Of a stretch of 64,000 bases of DNA, positions 37,854-48,142 are shown one piece after another (position 1 is the stretch's first letter; every line of letters begins with the position of its first letter). The notes beneath the pieces were generated by a model, which worked only from the letters and a program-made list of their open reading frames with translations, had not been told where the DNA came from and did no database searches. Source of the DNA: Candidatus Multivoradales bacterium (lineage in GTDB: Bacteria; Acidobacteriota; Thermoanaerobaculia; Multivoradales; J023); the NCBI GenBank assembly GCA_965248925.1, contig CBDFLE010000005.1, positions 1,344,001 through 1,408,000 of the forward strand, read 5' to 3'. A program made the translations under genes and the position numbers.

Positions 37854-39533
37854 CTAGCCGGCGACCTCCGCCGGGGCCTTGCCGCCATAGTCCTTGAGCA
37901 GCGGCTGGCGGCGCCCGAGGGCATCTTCGGCGGCGGCGATCAGCTGACGCAAGCCCTGCCGCCGGGTGGCACTGATGGCCACCCCCTCCCAGGTCTGAGC
38001 CAACGCCGCGGCCTTGTCTTCGCCCAGCAAGTCGGCTTTGTTGAGCACCAGGAGGCGGGGAATATGGTCCAGCTCGAGTTCTTGCAGCAACTTCTCCACC
38101 GCTCGCTTCTTGCTCGCCATATCTTCGTCGGCGGCGTCGACCATATGCAGTAGCAGATCTGCGTCGGCTAGCTCTTCGAGGGTGGCGCGGAAGGCGTTGA
38201 CCAGATCCTTGGGTAGGTCGCTGATGAAGCCCACTGTGTCGGTCAGGATCACATCCCCCTCGCGGGGGAAGCGTAGCCGGCGGCTGGTCGGATCGAGGGT
38301 CATGAAAAGCTGATCGGCAACCGCGATCTTGCTCTGGGTCAAGGCGTTCAGCAGCGTGCTCTTGCCGGCATTCGTGTAGCCGACGATCGACAGCACCGGC
38401 AGAGCTTCCTCGCGCCGCCGACGACGGCGAATATCGCGCTGCTTGGAGAGCTGCTCGATCAGCTGCTCGAGCTTGCGTATGCGGTCACGGATGCGCCGGC
38501 GGCCGATCTCCATCACCGTCTCACCCGGCCCGCGACCACCGATGCCACCGGTCAACCGCGACAGCCCAGCGTCTTTGTCGGTGAGCCGTGGCAGCGAGTA
38601 TTTGAGCTGCGCCAACTCTACCTGCACCTTGCCGTCGCGACTCTTGGCTCGTTGCGCGAAGATGTCGAGGATCAGCTGGGTCCGATCGATCACCTTCAAG
38701 CCGGTGGCATCCTCAAAGGCGCGGGATTGGGCTGGCTTGAGATCGATGTCGAAGATCGCTACCTCGGCCTGCCGGCGCATGCTTTCGAACACGATGTCCT
38801 GAATCTTGCCGCGGCCAACGATGGTCTTGGGATGCACTTTGAACCGCTTCTGCCGCACCGTGCCAGCGATCTCCACCCCGGCCGAACGCACCAGCTCGAG
38901 CATCTCCTCGAAGTGCGCATCCTCCGGCGTCACCGCGATAACCAGGGCGCGCTCGCGATCGGTCTTGCCGGCGGCACCGCGAGTAATCCGGCCCAGCTCG
39001 CTTTCGAGGGCTTCGATCTCCAAGCGAAAATCGAGGTCCAGATGATGAATGTCGCGGGCAGCGACCCGGCGAAAGGGCTCCTTCGCGGCATCCTCGTCGG
39101 CCAGATTTCCCGGCTCGATCAGCGCCACCTCGACGCGGCCGGGGCGCCCCCCTGGCTGCACCTGCAGCATCGCCACCAAGTCCAGGCGTAGAAGAACCAG
39201 ATCGTTGAGGTCGTCGTCGGTGAGATCCTCGCCGCGCAGGTGGGTGTGTACCAGACGCAAGCCACGGAAACGACCTACCCCACCGCGCAAGCGACCGATG
39301 TCGGGCAACTCCAAGCGAGTGGCGTCACCGACAATCACGTTGCGCACCGTGCCATCGCGCCCCAGCAGCACTCCGACCTGACGGCCGAGTCGGGCCGAGA
39401 TCTCGCACAAATGCCGGCACAGTTCCGCTGAAGCCACCTCGTCCGGCGCCACCCGGCGCCTGAAGGTGCGCTCCAATGCACGCCGGTCAGAAGTCTTGAT
39501 ACCGCGGAGATTGCCGTCTAGATGATGGGAAAT
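37854..39533 (-). CDS. hflX: GTPase HflX (N-terminally extended type), probable ATT start
   Basis: [45 protein letters not shown]. The family-typical N-terminus [15 protein letters not shown] lies upstream of the tracked TTG. Confidence 0.92.
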   Translation of the reverse strand: MSHHLDGNLRGIKTSDRRALERTFRRRVAPDEVASAELCRHLCEISARLGRQVGVLLGRDGTVRNVIVGDATRLELPDIGRLRGGVGRFRGLRLVHTHLRGEDLTDDDLNDLVLLRLDLVAMLQVQPGGRPGRVEVALIEPGNLADEDAAKEPFRRVAARDIHHLDLDFRLEIEALESELGRITRGAAGKTDRERALVIAVTPEDAHFEEMLELVRSAGVEIAGTVRQKRFKVHPKTIVGRGKIQDIVFESMRRQAEVAIFDIDLKPAQSRAFEDATGLKVIDRTQLILDIFAQRAKSRDGKVQVELAQLKYSLPRLTDKDAGLSRLTGGIGGRGPGETVMEIGRRRIRDRIRKLEQLIEQLSKQRDIRRRRRREEALPVLSIVGYTNAGKSTLLNALTQSKIAVADQLFMTLDPTSRRLRFPREGDVILTDTVGFISDLPKDLVNAFRATLEELADADLLLHMVDAADEDMASKKRAVEKLLQELELDHIPRLLVLNKADLLGEDKAAALAQTWEGVAISATRRQGLRQLIAAAEDALGRRQPLLKDYGGKAPAEVAG

Positions 39534-39952
39534 GGGACTAACTCCTCAAAACATTGCGTAAACCTCGGACGAGCCACTATTCTGCCACGTTTCCTGGCCA
39601 CCTTCGCCCTCTCCATCGCCCAGTATCGCTCCGTCTCATCCTGTCGCAGTGATCGCCGCCAGGGTGAACCTCTCTGCCCAAGATATGGTCTCGTGATTCT
39701 TCTTGTCCCAAACGCCCTTGGACACACTGTCAAGACCCCAAAGACCTTTGAAAGGCAGCTGCCAACGATTTTGGGCTTTTGGAATTGAGGAAAAAAGCAA
39801 GACCATGCCTTAGCCAACTCACAGCTATGTAGTGGACTCAGCCGCATCGAATCTGCGAGAGTATTCGGGTGATCGACCCGCCAAAATAACCCAGGACAAT
39901 CCTCACGTCCGGTCGAGACCGGGCCAAGTAACTCGGTGAGAAGTACCCCATA

Positions 39953-40618
39953 ATGTGCGGACGCTACACCTTAAGCGACCCCGGCGATCTACTCGAGGAA
40001 CTCGGCATCGAGCCTGGCGAGGAACTGCGACCGCGGTTCAATATTGCTCCCACCCAACTAGCGCCGGTGGCTCGTCAGACGGCGGCCGGTGGGCACCAGC
40101 TGGACCATTTGCGCTGGGGCTTGGTGCCGTTCTGGGCCAAGGACCTGTCGATTGGTAGCCGGATGATCAACGCCCGCGCCGAAACCGTGGCCGAGAAGCC
40201 CTCGTTCCGCAACGCCCTGCGCCAGCGCCGGTGCCTGGTGCTCAGCGATGGCTTCTATGAGTGGCGAAAACTTGCCGACGGCAAGCAGCCGCACCACATC
40301 CGCCTCATCTCGGGGCGGCCATTTGTTTTCGCTGGCTTGTGGGAACGCTGGGACAAGGGGGAGCAGCCGATCGAGACTTTCACCATCATCACCACCGAGG
40401 CCAGCGACGACGTTCGTCAGCTGCACCACCGCATGCCGGTGATTCTGGACGGCGAAACTCGCGACCTGTGGCTCGATCCACGGGTCGAAGACAAAGAGCT
40501 GCTGACTTCGCTGCTACTGCCCTACCCAGCCGGCTCGATCGAACATCGACCGGTCAGCCGGGTGGTCAACAGCCCGCGCAACGATTCGCCAGCTTGCCTG
40601 GCGCCGATCGAGAGTTGA
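39953..40618 (+). CDS. SOS response-associated peptidase (SRAP/HMCES/YedK family)
   Basis: MCGRY start, RFNIAPTQ, WGLVPFW, INARAET, GFYEW, HHRMPVIL. Confidence 0.93.
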   Translation: MCGRYTLSDPGDLLEELGIEPGEELRPRFNIAPTQLAPVARQTAAGGHQLDHLRWGLVPFWAKDLSIGSRMINARAETVAEKPSFRNALRQRRCLVLSDGFYEWRKLADGKQPHHIRLISGRPFVFAGLWERWDKGEQPIETFTIITTEASDDVRQLHHRMPVILDGETRDLWLDPRVEDKELLTSLLLPYPAGSIEHRPVSRVVNSPRNDSPACLAPIES

Positions 40619-40620
40619 AC

Positions 40621-42060
40621 TCAGTCAGAGGATCGGCGAGGTTTCACTTCAGCACTCTCCGGATGCTCCATCACCACGGTCGTCGCCATCTCGCGACCGC
40701 TGCCGATGAGCGTCTCGCCAGAGGCTTCCCCAACGACCTGCTGCGGCAGGTCAACCTCGTTCGCCGGACCGTCTGAAAATAGGGATAGCGCCTGCGCCAC
40801 CTCACGGGCCGAGGGCCGTTCTTCCTGCTGTTTGGCCAGCATTTTCAAGATCAGTGAGTCGATTTCCGCTGGGATAGTTGAAAAAACTGACCGGGGCGGT
40901 TTGGGGTCGTCGTGCAGGTGCTGGGCGATGGTCGAGGAAATCGCGTCTTGCCCCGAGGCGGGGAATGGCAACACTCCGACCAGCATCTCGTAAAGCATCA
41001 CTCCTAGGCTGTAGACATCGGCCCGACCATCGTAGGTCTGTCCCTGGAAACGCTCCGGCGCCATGTAGGACGGTGTTCCCACCGCGCAATTCTCGAGCGT
41101 CAGCTTCTCCGCCACTACCGCCTCGCCGACCAGCTTGACGATACCGAAATCGAGCACTTTTACCGATTCACCCCGCGGCGAACGGTGCAAGAACACATTC
41201 TGCGGCTTGATGTCGCGGTGGATGATGCCAATCCCGTGGGCGGCATCGAGGACCTCGCAGACCGGCAAAGCCACTTCGATCAGGCGCTGCAACCCTAGCT
41301 GCCTGCTCTCGAACAGCGCGTCCTCCAGGGTTTGGCCTTCGAGCAACTCCATGACCAAGAAAGCGACACCATCGGAGGTCAAGCTGTAATCCAACACCGA
41401 GACCGCGTTGGGATGCTCCAAGCGCGACAACGCCACCGCTTCGCGCTCGAAGCGCGCCATGGCGCCAGCTTGCGAAGTCATGCCGCTGAGTAGCAGCTTG
41501 ACCGCCACCGGACGCTGCAATTTTAGGTGGGTACCGCGGTAGACCGAGCCATAGTTACCCTGGCCAATCAGCGAGTCGAGGCGATACTTGCCATCGAGCA
41601 CGCTACCCTCCGCCGGCCCCGCATGCCGTGGCCGGCCACTGCTAGCCGGCGTGCGAGCACGCAGCTGCGCCCTTACCCGAGCCAGCACGACGGGAAAGTC
41701 GAGCGGTTTGGTGACGTAGTCGTTGGCACCATGATCGAAGGCTTCGACCATGTCGTCACTGCCATCCTTGGCGGTGACCATGATCACTGGCAAACTCTGG
41801 GGAGGGTGGTGTTGGCGCAGTGTCTGCAACACCTCGATACCGCTCATGCCTGGCATCATGACGTCGAGCAACACCAGATCGACCGGGTCTTGGTCGACCG
41901 CCAGGATCGCCTCGAGACCACCAGCGGCCTGGATCACCAGGTACCCCTCGTCCTCAAGATACATCGACAGCGCGACCCGGTTGAACTCCGAATCGTCGAC
42001 CAGCAGAATTGTAAAGCGTTCTCGGCGCATCGCTACTCTAATCTTCGATCCGTCAACCAA
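40621..42060 (-). CDS. Receiver domain-Hanks Ser/Thr kinase fusion
   Basis: REC LVDD...LLDVMMP...TAK...YVTKP; kinase GQGNYG, VAVK, HRDIKPQN, DFG, GTPSYMAPE. Confidence 0.92.
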   Translation of the reverse strand: MVDGSKIRVAMRRERFTILLVDDSEFNRVALSMYLEDEGYLVIQAAGGLEAILAVDQDPVDLVLLDVMMPGMSGIEVLQTLRQHHPPQSLPVIMVTAKDGSDDMVEAFDHGANDYVTKPLDFPVVLARVRAQLRARTPASSGRPRHAGPAEGSVLDGKYRLDSLIGQGNYGSVYRGTHLKLQRPVAVKLLLSGMTSQAGAMARFEREAVALSRLEHPNAVSVLDYSLTSDGVAFLVMELLEGQTLEDALFESRQLGLQRLIEVALPVCEVLDAAHGIGIIHRDIKPQNVFLHRSPRGESVKVLDFGIVKLVGEAVVAEKLTLENCAVGTPSYMAPERFQGQTYDGRADVYSLGVMLYEMLVGVLPFPASGQDAISSTIAQHLHDDPKPPRSVFSTIPAEIDSLILKMLAKQQEERPSAREVAQALSLFSDGPANEVDLPQQVVGEASGETLIGSGREMATTVVMEHPESAEVKPRRSSD

Positions 42061-42295
42061 CTCTGCTCTGCCCGCAGCCGGGCCTCATCGCTCAAGGCTG
42101 GTCGGTGGGTCGAAGCCCCCAGGAATAGACACCCGGCAGCTTATGACGCGAAGGTCGAGTTGTCCAGCAAGGCCCTGCCAATTCGCTGGTGGGTGGCGCC
42201 TGCCTCGGAGGAGTGGCAACCGTGACTAGCTGGCCGCCAAAAACAAATATCTCCTCCTTGTAATTTGAAATGTAAGCTGCGTAGACCTACTATCA

Positions 42296-45200
42296 ATGCA
42301 GGGAAGAGCTTCCGGTTGGCCGTCTCACAGATGGGAGTCGGCCGCTCGCCTATCGGATCTGATGTCAACTTCTGAAGTACCTCTACAGCACGATCTCCAG
42401 CCGCAGCCAACGCGGCTGGCGGCCCAGCGCCGGGCTGGTCTCCGCAGGGCGGCCGCTTACACTTCTATCGGCCCGCTGGTCGGCCTGGCTTTGAGCGTTC
42501 TGCTGGGAGCGGCTGACGCTTTCCCCTTCTCCTGGTCCGATTGGTGGCTGACTCTGGCGGTGATCCTCGGCGCCCTCGGAGTGCTGTGGCTAGCCGTCGA
42601 GTCAGGCTTGAGCGAGAGGTGGCGTTGGGATCCGCACTTCGTCTTTCAGCCCGGAGTGGCGCTCGCCATCATCTTGAGCTTCGCTGTCTACCAGGCGCCG
42701 GAGCTGCGCATCGCGTTGCTGATGACCTGGTTCATCGTACTGCTTGTCTCCGTCGGCCTGGCTGGCTTTAGCCAAGTCTTGATTCTCGCCAGCCTGGTCA
42801 CCGGCGGCTACTTGCTGGCCGTGTCCCAGGAACCGGGTTTGGACGGCGATTTCCAAGCTGAGTTGTTCGTGGCGGTGGAGTTCTGGGTAGTGAACCTGCT
42901 TGCGGCCTTTGTCTGTGCCGGCCTGAAACGGCGGTTTGAAGCCGGTAGGCGACGCTACCGGGCACTGGCCGAGAATTCTCCGGTGGGCATCTTCCAGAGC
43001 GCTGGCAACGGCGATTGTCGCTATGTGAACCCCCGCTACTGCGAGATAACCGGCCAAGATCGCGAAGCGGCCCTCGGCATGGGCTGGAGTGAAGCGATCC
43101 ATCCCAAAGACCGGGCGACCGTGGTCGACAACTGGGAAGCTACGGTCGGCGCCAACCTGGAGGCGAAGAGCGACGGCACCGGCAGCTGGAATGTGCGCAA
43201 CGGCGAATACCGCTACCAGCGCCCGGACGGCAAGATCTCTTGGGTAGCGGCTTCGGTGATCGCCGACCGCGACAAGTTCGGCCGGCTGAACGGCTACATC
43301 GGTACGGTGACCGACATCACCGAACTCAAGCAAGCTCGTCAGGACTTAGATCGCCTGTTCGATCTGTCGCCAGATCTTCTATTTCTCAGCACTAGCGGCT
43401 ATTTCACCAGGGTCAATCCAGCCTTCACTCACTTGCTGGGCTATAGCAGCGAGGAATTGCTCAGCCGGCCGATCCGAGATTTCGTCCATGCCGAGGATCG
43501 CGGGGCTTCCGCAGGGTTGCTCGATTTGCCGCGCGACCAAGCGCCGACACCGGAAATCGTCAACCGTTTCCGCCACCGCGATGGCGGCTACCGCTGGATA
43601 TCCTGGCGTTCGATCGCGGTCGTAGCGGAGGGTCGGATCTACGGCATCGCCCGCGACATCACCGGCGCCAAATACGCCAAGGAAGCTCTGGAGCTAAGCC
43701 AAGCCAACCTGGCCGAAGCGCAGCGCCTGGCCCATCTCGGCAGTTGGGATTTCGATATCGAGACCAACAAGATGTCCTGGAGTGAGGAGCTGTTCCGCAT
43801 CTTTGGCGTCAGCCGCACTCGCCATCGCCCGACGATCGACGATTTCTGGACTCTGGCCCACCCCGAGGATCGGCCCACGGTGGAAGCTGCCCTGGCCCGC
43901 TCGGCAACCATCGGCACGGCGTTCGATTTCGAACTGCGCATGTTGCGCAGCGATGGCTCGGAACGGGTGATCCACTCCCAGGCCCGCATCCATCTCAACG
44001 AGCTCGGCCGACCGGTGCGCATGGTGGGTTCGGTGCTCGACATCACCGAACGGATCCGCGCCAACGAGGCCCTGGAACGGGCCAGCAGCGCCAAGGGTGA
44101 ATTCCTGGCCAACATGAGTCACGAGATACGCACGCCAATGAACGGGGTTATCGGCATGGCCAACTTGCTGCTCAAGACCGATCTCGGCTATCGCGAGCGC
44201 GACTACGCCGAGATCATCAAGAGTTCCGCTGAGGGCTTGCTGGGGGTCATCGACGACATTCTCGACTTCTCCAAGATCGAGGCCGGCAAGATGAGCCTGG
44301 AGCAGATTTCATTCAGCCTCCGCGAGTCCTTGGCAGCGGTAATTGAGCTGCTCGCCCCGCGGGCCGAAGTGAAGGATTTGCAATTAGACCTCGATCTGGA
44401 AGACGACGTGCCCGACCAGGTCGAGGGCGACCCGACCCGCCTGCGCCAGGTACTATTGAATCTACTCGGCAACGCGATCAAGTTCACCGGTGATGGATCG
44501 GTCACCCTGGAAGTGCGCCTGGTTCGCCGCCGAGGCGATCTGCTGGTCTTGGCGATTGCCGTCCGCGATACCGGCATCGGCATCAGGCCAGAGGCTCAAG
44601 AACAGCTGTTCACCCCCTTCACTCAAGCCGATAGCTCGACCACCCGCAAGTTCGGCGGCACCGGCCTCGGTCTGGCGATCAGCCAGCGGCTGGTCCAGTT
44701 GATGGGCGGAACGATCCATGTTGATAGCGCTCCCGAGCTGGGTTCTTGTTTCTCCTTCGAGCTCGAGCTACGAAGCGGTCAACGGGGCACCTCAGTGGCC
44801 GACCCTGCCGCCCGTGAAGCTGGCCCCACCCAACGCACGGGGCAGCGCGGCGGCATTCGCATCCTGGTGGTAGAGGACGACCAAGTCAACCAACTGGTAG
44901 CGATGCATCAGGTCCAGAGCCTGGGCTTCAGCGCCCAAGCAGTTTCGAACGGCCGCGAAGCCCTACGAGTCTTGGATCAGGCACGTTTCGACCTGGTGCT
45001 GATGGATTGCCAGATGCCTGAGCTTGATGGCTATGAGACCACTCGCCGAATCCGCCGCCAAGAGACCGAGAGCGAGCGCCACCTACCGGTGATCGCGGTG
45101 ACTGCTCACGCCATGCCTGGCGACCGGGAGAAGTGCCTCGCCGCCGGCATGGACGACTATCTGGCCAAACCGTTCAAGGAAGACAGCCTGGCGGCGGTGC

Positions 45201-45676
45201 TCGATCAGTGGCTAGGACTGGACCAGAGTGCGCGCTCAATCCGGGGTCCCACCGCCACCTCCGCGGCCCCGGCCTCAGTGCTTGACCGAGAAACCGTCGA
45301 TCGGCTGCAACAGATCGATCGGCGCTCCAAACGTGGTTTCCTGCGCCGCTCGATCGAGGTCTTCCTCAGCCACAACGCGCCCAAACTGCGAGACCTGCGC
45401 CGGGCTTTAGAGCAACAAGACAGCGAACCGCTCGGCCAGATAGCCCACGGCTTGGCCGGCTCGGCCGGCACTCTCGGTGCCCTCGACCTTTCCCTGCTCG
45501 GCCGCCAGCTCGAAAGGGTGGCCGAGGCTCGGGATTTCACCAGCGCCAAGCCGCTGGTCGAGCAGATTGAAGTCGGCTACCGGCAGGCTGAAACGGAACT
45601 TCGTCAGCTGGTCAGCGACAGGGAAGATAGAGACACGGCCGCGGGTTCTGAAGGGGCTGACGACGAGCAGGTTTAA
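42296..45676 (+). CDS. Membrane hybrid histidine kinase (TM-PAS x3-HisKA-HATPase-REC-Hpt)
   Basis: FLANMSHEIRTP, NLLGNAIKF, DTGIG, GGTGLGL, LMDCQMP, AHGLAGSAG. Alternative start at 42362. Confidence 0.93.
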   Translation: MQGRASGWPSHRWESAARLSDLMSTSEVPLQHDLQPQPTRLAAQRRAGLRRAAAYTSIGPLVGLALSVLLGAADAFPFSWSDWWLTLAVILGALGVLWLAVESGLSERWRWDPHFVFQPGVALAIILSFAVYQAPELRIALLMTWFIVLLVSVGLAGFSQVLILASLVTGGYLLAVSQEPGLDGDFQAELFVAVEFWVVNLLAAFVCAGLKRRFEAGRRRYRALAENSPVGIFQSAGNGDCRYVNPRYCEITGQDREAALGMGWSEAIHPKDRATVVDNWEATVGANLEAKSDGTGSWNVRNGEYRYQRPDGKISWVAASVIADRDKFGRLNGYIGTVTDITELKQARQDLDRLFDLSPDLLFLSTSGYFTRVNPAFTHLLGYSSEELLSRPIRDFVHAEDRGASAGLLDLPRDQAPTPEIVNRFRHRDGGYRWISWRSIAVVAEGRIYGIARDITGAKYAKEALELSQANLAEAQRLAHLGSWDFDIETNKMSWSEELFRIFGVSRTRHRPTIDDFWTLAHPEDRPTVEAALARSATIGTAFDFELRMLRSDGSERVIHSQARIHLNELGRPVRMVGSVLDITERIRANEALERASSAKGEFLANMSHEIRTPMNGVIGMANLLLKTDLGYRERDYAEIIKSSAEGLLGVIDDILDFSKIEAGKMSLEQISFSLRESLAAVIELLAPRAEVKDLQLDLDLEDDVPDQVEGDPTRLRQVLLNLLGNAIKFTGDGSVTLEVRLVRRRGDLLVLAIAVRDTGIGIRPEAQEQLFTPFTQADSSTTRKFGGTGLGLAISQRLVQLMGGTIHVDSAPELGSCFSFELELRSGQRGTSVADPAAREAGPTQRTGQRGGIRILVVEDDQVNQLVAMHQVQSLGFSAQAVSNGREALRVLDQARFDLVLMDCQMPELDGYETTRRIRRQETESERHLPVIAVTAHAMPGDREKCLAAGMDDYLAKPFKEDSLAAVLDQWLGLDQSARSIRGPTATSAAPASVLDRETVDRLQQIDRRSKRGFLRRSIEVFLSHNAPKLRDLRRALEQQDSEPLGQIAHGLAGSAGTLGALDLSLLGRQLERVAEARDFTSAKPLVEQIEVGYRQAETELRQLVSDREDRDTAAGSEGADDEQV

Positions 45677-45699
45677 CCACTCCGACCCTGCGGCCTCGG

Positions 45700-47094
45700 C
45701 TACTCCACCATGATTCGCTGACGAGCCTCGACGGCGGCACCCTCGAAGAGTAGTCGCAAGGGCTGGCGAAGATCACTCGGCACCCGACTGCGCTCGACAT
45801 CGATGGCCAAGAATCGCTCGAGAGCCGCGCCGACCTCGAATTTCTCCACTTGCTGACAGAAGTCGTCCATCGCCCCCCCTTTCAGACCCTTGCGGCGGCA
45901 GAGTTCAAAGGCCAGGCGGGCTTCGTCGATGGTGCCGATGCACTCAAAAGGGGTGTGTTTTTCGAGTCCGAGCATACGGCGAAAATGAAGCCTATTCTCT
46001 GTCACCGCGAAGAGATTCTCGGCAAATACCGAGTCCACCACCGAACGCGGTAAATAGGCCATCGCGCAGAGCCAGACATAGGCGCATTTAGGGCACCGTC
46101 GACACCACGGCTTGGCGACATTGCAGGAGTGAGTGACCTTGAAGCGCTCGGCATCGGCCGCCAGAAGTTGAAAGATCAACACATCCCAGATCGGCTTCAA
46201 AAGACTGAAATATTCCACGCCCTCGATCAGTTCTGCAGCCAGGTAGTCCGCTAACAAAGTCTCGGCTGCGAGCGACTTCCCCCACTGATGGTTGACCTCT
46301 TCACCGGTGCGTTGCCAGATCAGATTGCCATGGTCGGCGCTGCGCTCGTGAGCTAGCACTAGCCGGCGGTAGCCATGTTCGAGCACCAAGGGCAGAGCGG
46401 CGAATAGCGAACTAGGGGTCTCGGCAGCGGTCAGTGACCGCACCCCCAGCTCTCCGTGCAACTCAGCGACCGGGCTGTCGATAAAGTCGTCGTAGATCCA
46501 CAGACGACGACGCTGGCGGGCTGCCGTTTGCAGCAACATGCCATCGATCAGCCGATGTTGAACGGCCGCCAAGCCATACACCGAACTCGAATAAGCAAAG
46601 CTATCGAAAGGCACCTCGGCCCGCTCGAGCAGCCGCAGGGCCACCAGACTGTCCTTGCCGCCGCCGCAGAATGCCAACGTCGCCACCGGCCCAGCGGACC
46701 GCCTTAGCGGTCGGCCGGCAGCGGGGGCCAAGGATGCTAATTCTGGGCCCAGGTAGTCAGGGTCGTCGTGTTCATATCGCCACTGTGCCCAAACCTGCCT
46801 TTGGATAGTGCTCCACAGCTCGACAAATGCCGAGTCGACGAAACGCTCCCAGGGACCCGGATCAAAGCGCCGCGGTCGCAAGCTGGTCAACTTGTTGGCC
46901 TCAAAAGCGGCGATGTGGAAGTAAATGCGCTCCATTACCTCGAGGCCAAAACGCTGTTCCAAAGCCTTCAGGTCGACGTCGCCGTACCAGTAGCTGGTGT
47001 TGAAAACCAGCTCGTCAACACCGAAGGTAAGGCACAATTGGTGCCGCGACCGGCGATGACCGCCGAGCCACAACCGGCGATCCGCGGCCCTCAC
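45700..47094 (-). CDS. MurL-like PP-loop (N-type ATP pyrophosphatase) protein
   Basis: GGGKDSL, HERSAD, VNHQWGKS, YFSLLKP, SCN...WCRRCPKC, PFECIG match the MurL (UDP-MurNAc-L-Ala-L-Glu epimerase) motif series. Confidence 0.65.
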   Translation of the reverse strand: MRAADRRLWLGGHRRSRHQLCLTFGVDELVFNTSYWYGDVDLKALEQRFGLEVMERIYFHIAAFEANKLTSLRPRRFDPGPWERFVDSAFVELWSTIQRQVWAQWRYEHDDPDYLGPELASLAPAAGRPLRRSAGPVATLAFCGGGKDSLVALRLLERAEVPFDSFAYSSSVYGLAAVQHRLIDGMLLQTAARQRRRLWIYDDFIDSPVAELHGELGVRSLTAAETPSSLFAALPLVLEHGYRRLVLAHERSADHGNLIWQRTGEEVNHQWGKSLAAETLLADYLAAELIEGVEYFSLLKPIWDVLIFQLLAADAERFKVTHSCNVAKPWCRRCPKCAYVWLCAMAYLPRSVVDSVFAENLFAVTENRLHFRRMLGLEKHTPFECIGTIDEARLAFELCRRKGLKGGAMDDFCQQVEKFEVGAALERFLAIDVERSRVPSDLRQPLRLLFEGAAVEARQRIMVE

Positions 47095-47951
47095 CCTTCA
47101 GCTCCAAGGCGACACTCGGCCAACATCTTGTCGGCGGCGTTGATCGCCGCCGACAGATAGGCCCGAGTTCGCCGCTCCTGCCCCACCGGCTCGCCATCGA
47201 GCAACTCGCTGGCGGTGAGGATGGCGCCGAAGAAACCCTGCCGCCGCCAACTGCCAAAGGGCAAAGGCGGCAGATCGCCGGCGGGCGGCACCGGCCACGG
47301 GGTGACATAGAAATAAGGCTGGTCGTAGCTGCCGTCGCCGGGCGACAGGCCGATGCCGATCGAGCAGAGGTCGTCTCCCCGCTGGCCGAGCTGCAGCAGG
47401 ATGGCGTGATCGAAGTGGTGCGGCCAAGTGAGGATCGGCGTTTCCGGGGCTCTTGTCGCAACCAAGTCGACCAGCAGACCATGGACGTTGCCATAGTAGG
47501 CCGCGAGTTCGACCGCGGCGGCACCGGGAGCAGCGAATCGAGCCCCCGCGGCGAGCCCATGGGGAGGTATCTCGTAAGGCGACTTGAGGCTCGGCAATTC
47601 GCCATCACGCCCTTGCAGCGACAGCTCTCGGCGCAACCAACCGAGCGCCTCCGCAAGGGTCTTGCCGGCCAACGGCAGGCCCTTTTCACCGAGCATCAGC
47701 ATCAGATCGGCGGGCCGCAAGCCAGCCTGCAACGGATCGCCGGCCGAGCGCGAAAGGGGCGGAATCTCCTGCCCTAGCCAGAGTTCACCTGCGGCATCCC
47801 AAGTGAGCGCGGTATGACTATCGTCCGGCCGCGCGGGAATCAACGATTGACCGATCGCCACCGCCAGTAATTGGGCGGCATGATGGATCTGCAGCCTTGC
47901 TTCGCCCAGTGCGGACGGCGGTACAGCTCCCAGAGACTTCCAATGCTTCAT
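47091..47951 (-). CDS. DUF5996-like hypothetical protein
   Basis: RLQIHHAAQ, DDSHTAL, WPHHFD, GLSPGDGSYDQPYFYVTPWP. Confidence 0.6.
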   Translation of the reverse strand: MKHWKSLGAVPPSALGEARLQIHHAAQLLAVAIGQSLIPARPDDSHTALTWDAAGELWLGQEIPPLSRSAGDPLQAGLRPADLMLMLGEKGLPLAGKTLAEALGWLRRELSLQGRDGELPSLKSPYEIPPHGLAAGARFAAPGAAAVELAAYYGNVHGLLVDLVATRAPETPILTWPHHFDHAILLQLGQRGDDLCSIGIGLSPGDGSYDQPYFYVTPWPVPPAGDLPPLPFGSWRRQGFFGAILTASELLDGEPVGQERRTRAYLSAAINAADKMLAECRLGAEG

Positions 47952-48142
47952 TATGGTTCCTCCCAGCGTTGCTAACTATGAATCACTCTCATGGCTGCCT
48001 TTGTCGGCCCGATCATACGCCCTCTCGCCGGGAACCGACTGCTGAACTATCGGGTCGATCCTCATCACTGATCCTCGCCACCGAACCTCACCACTGTGTT
48101 AGGAAGGTCCGGTGTGAACGATCTGGTCAGGAGTAGTCGGCG

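Noticed and set aside
39518-39847. 109-aa ORF or ncRNA between hflX and SRAP
   Set aside because: No motif, atypical codon usage and no recognisable RNA structure; more likely a divergent promoter region.
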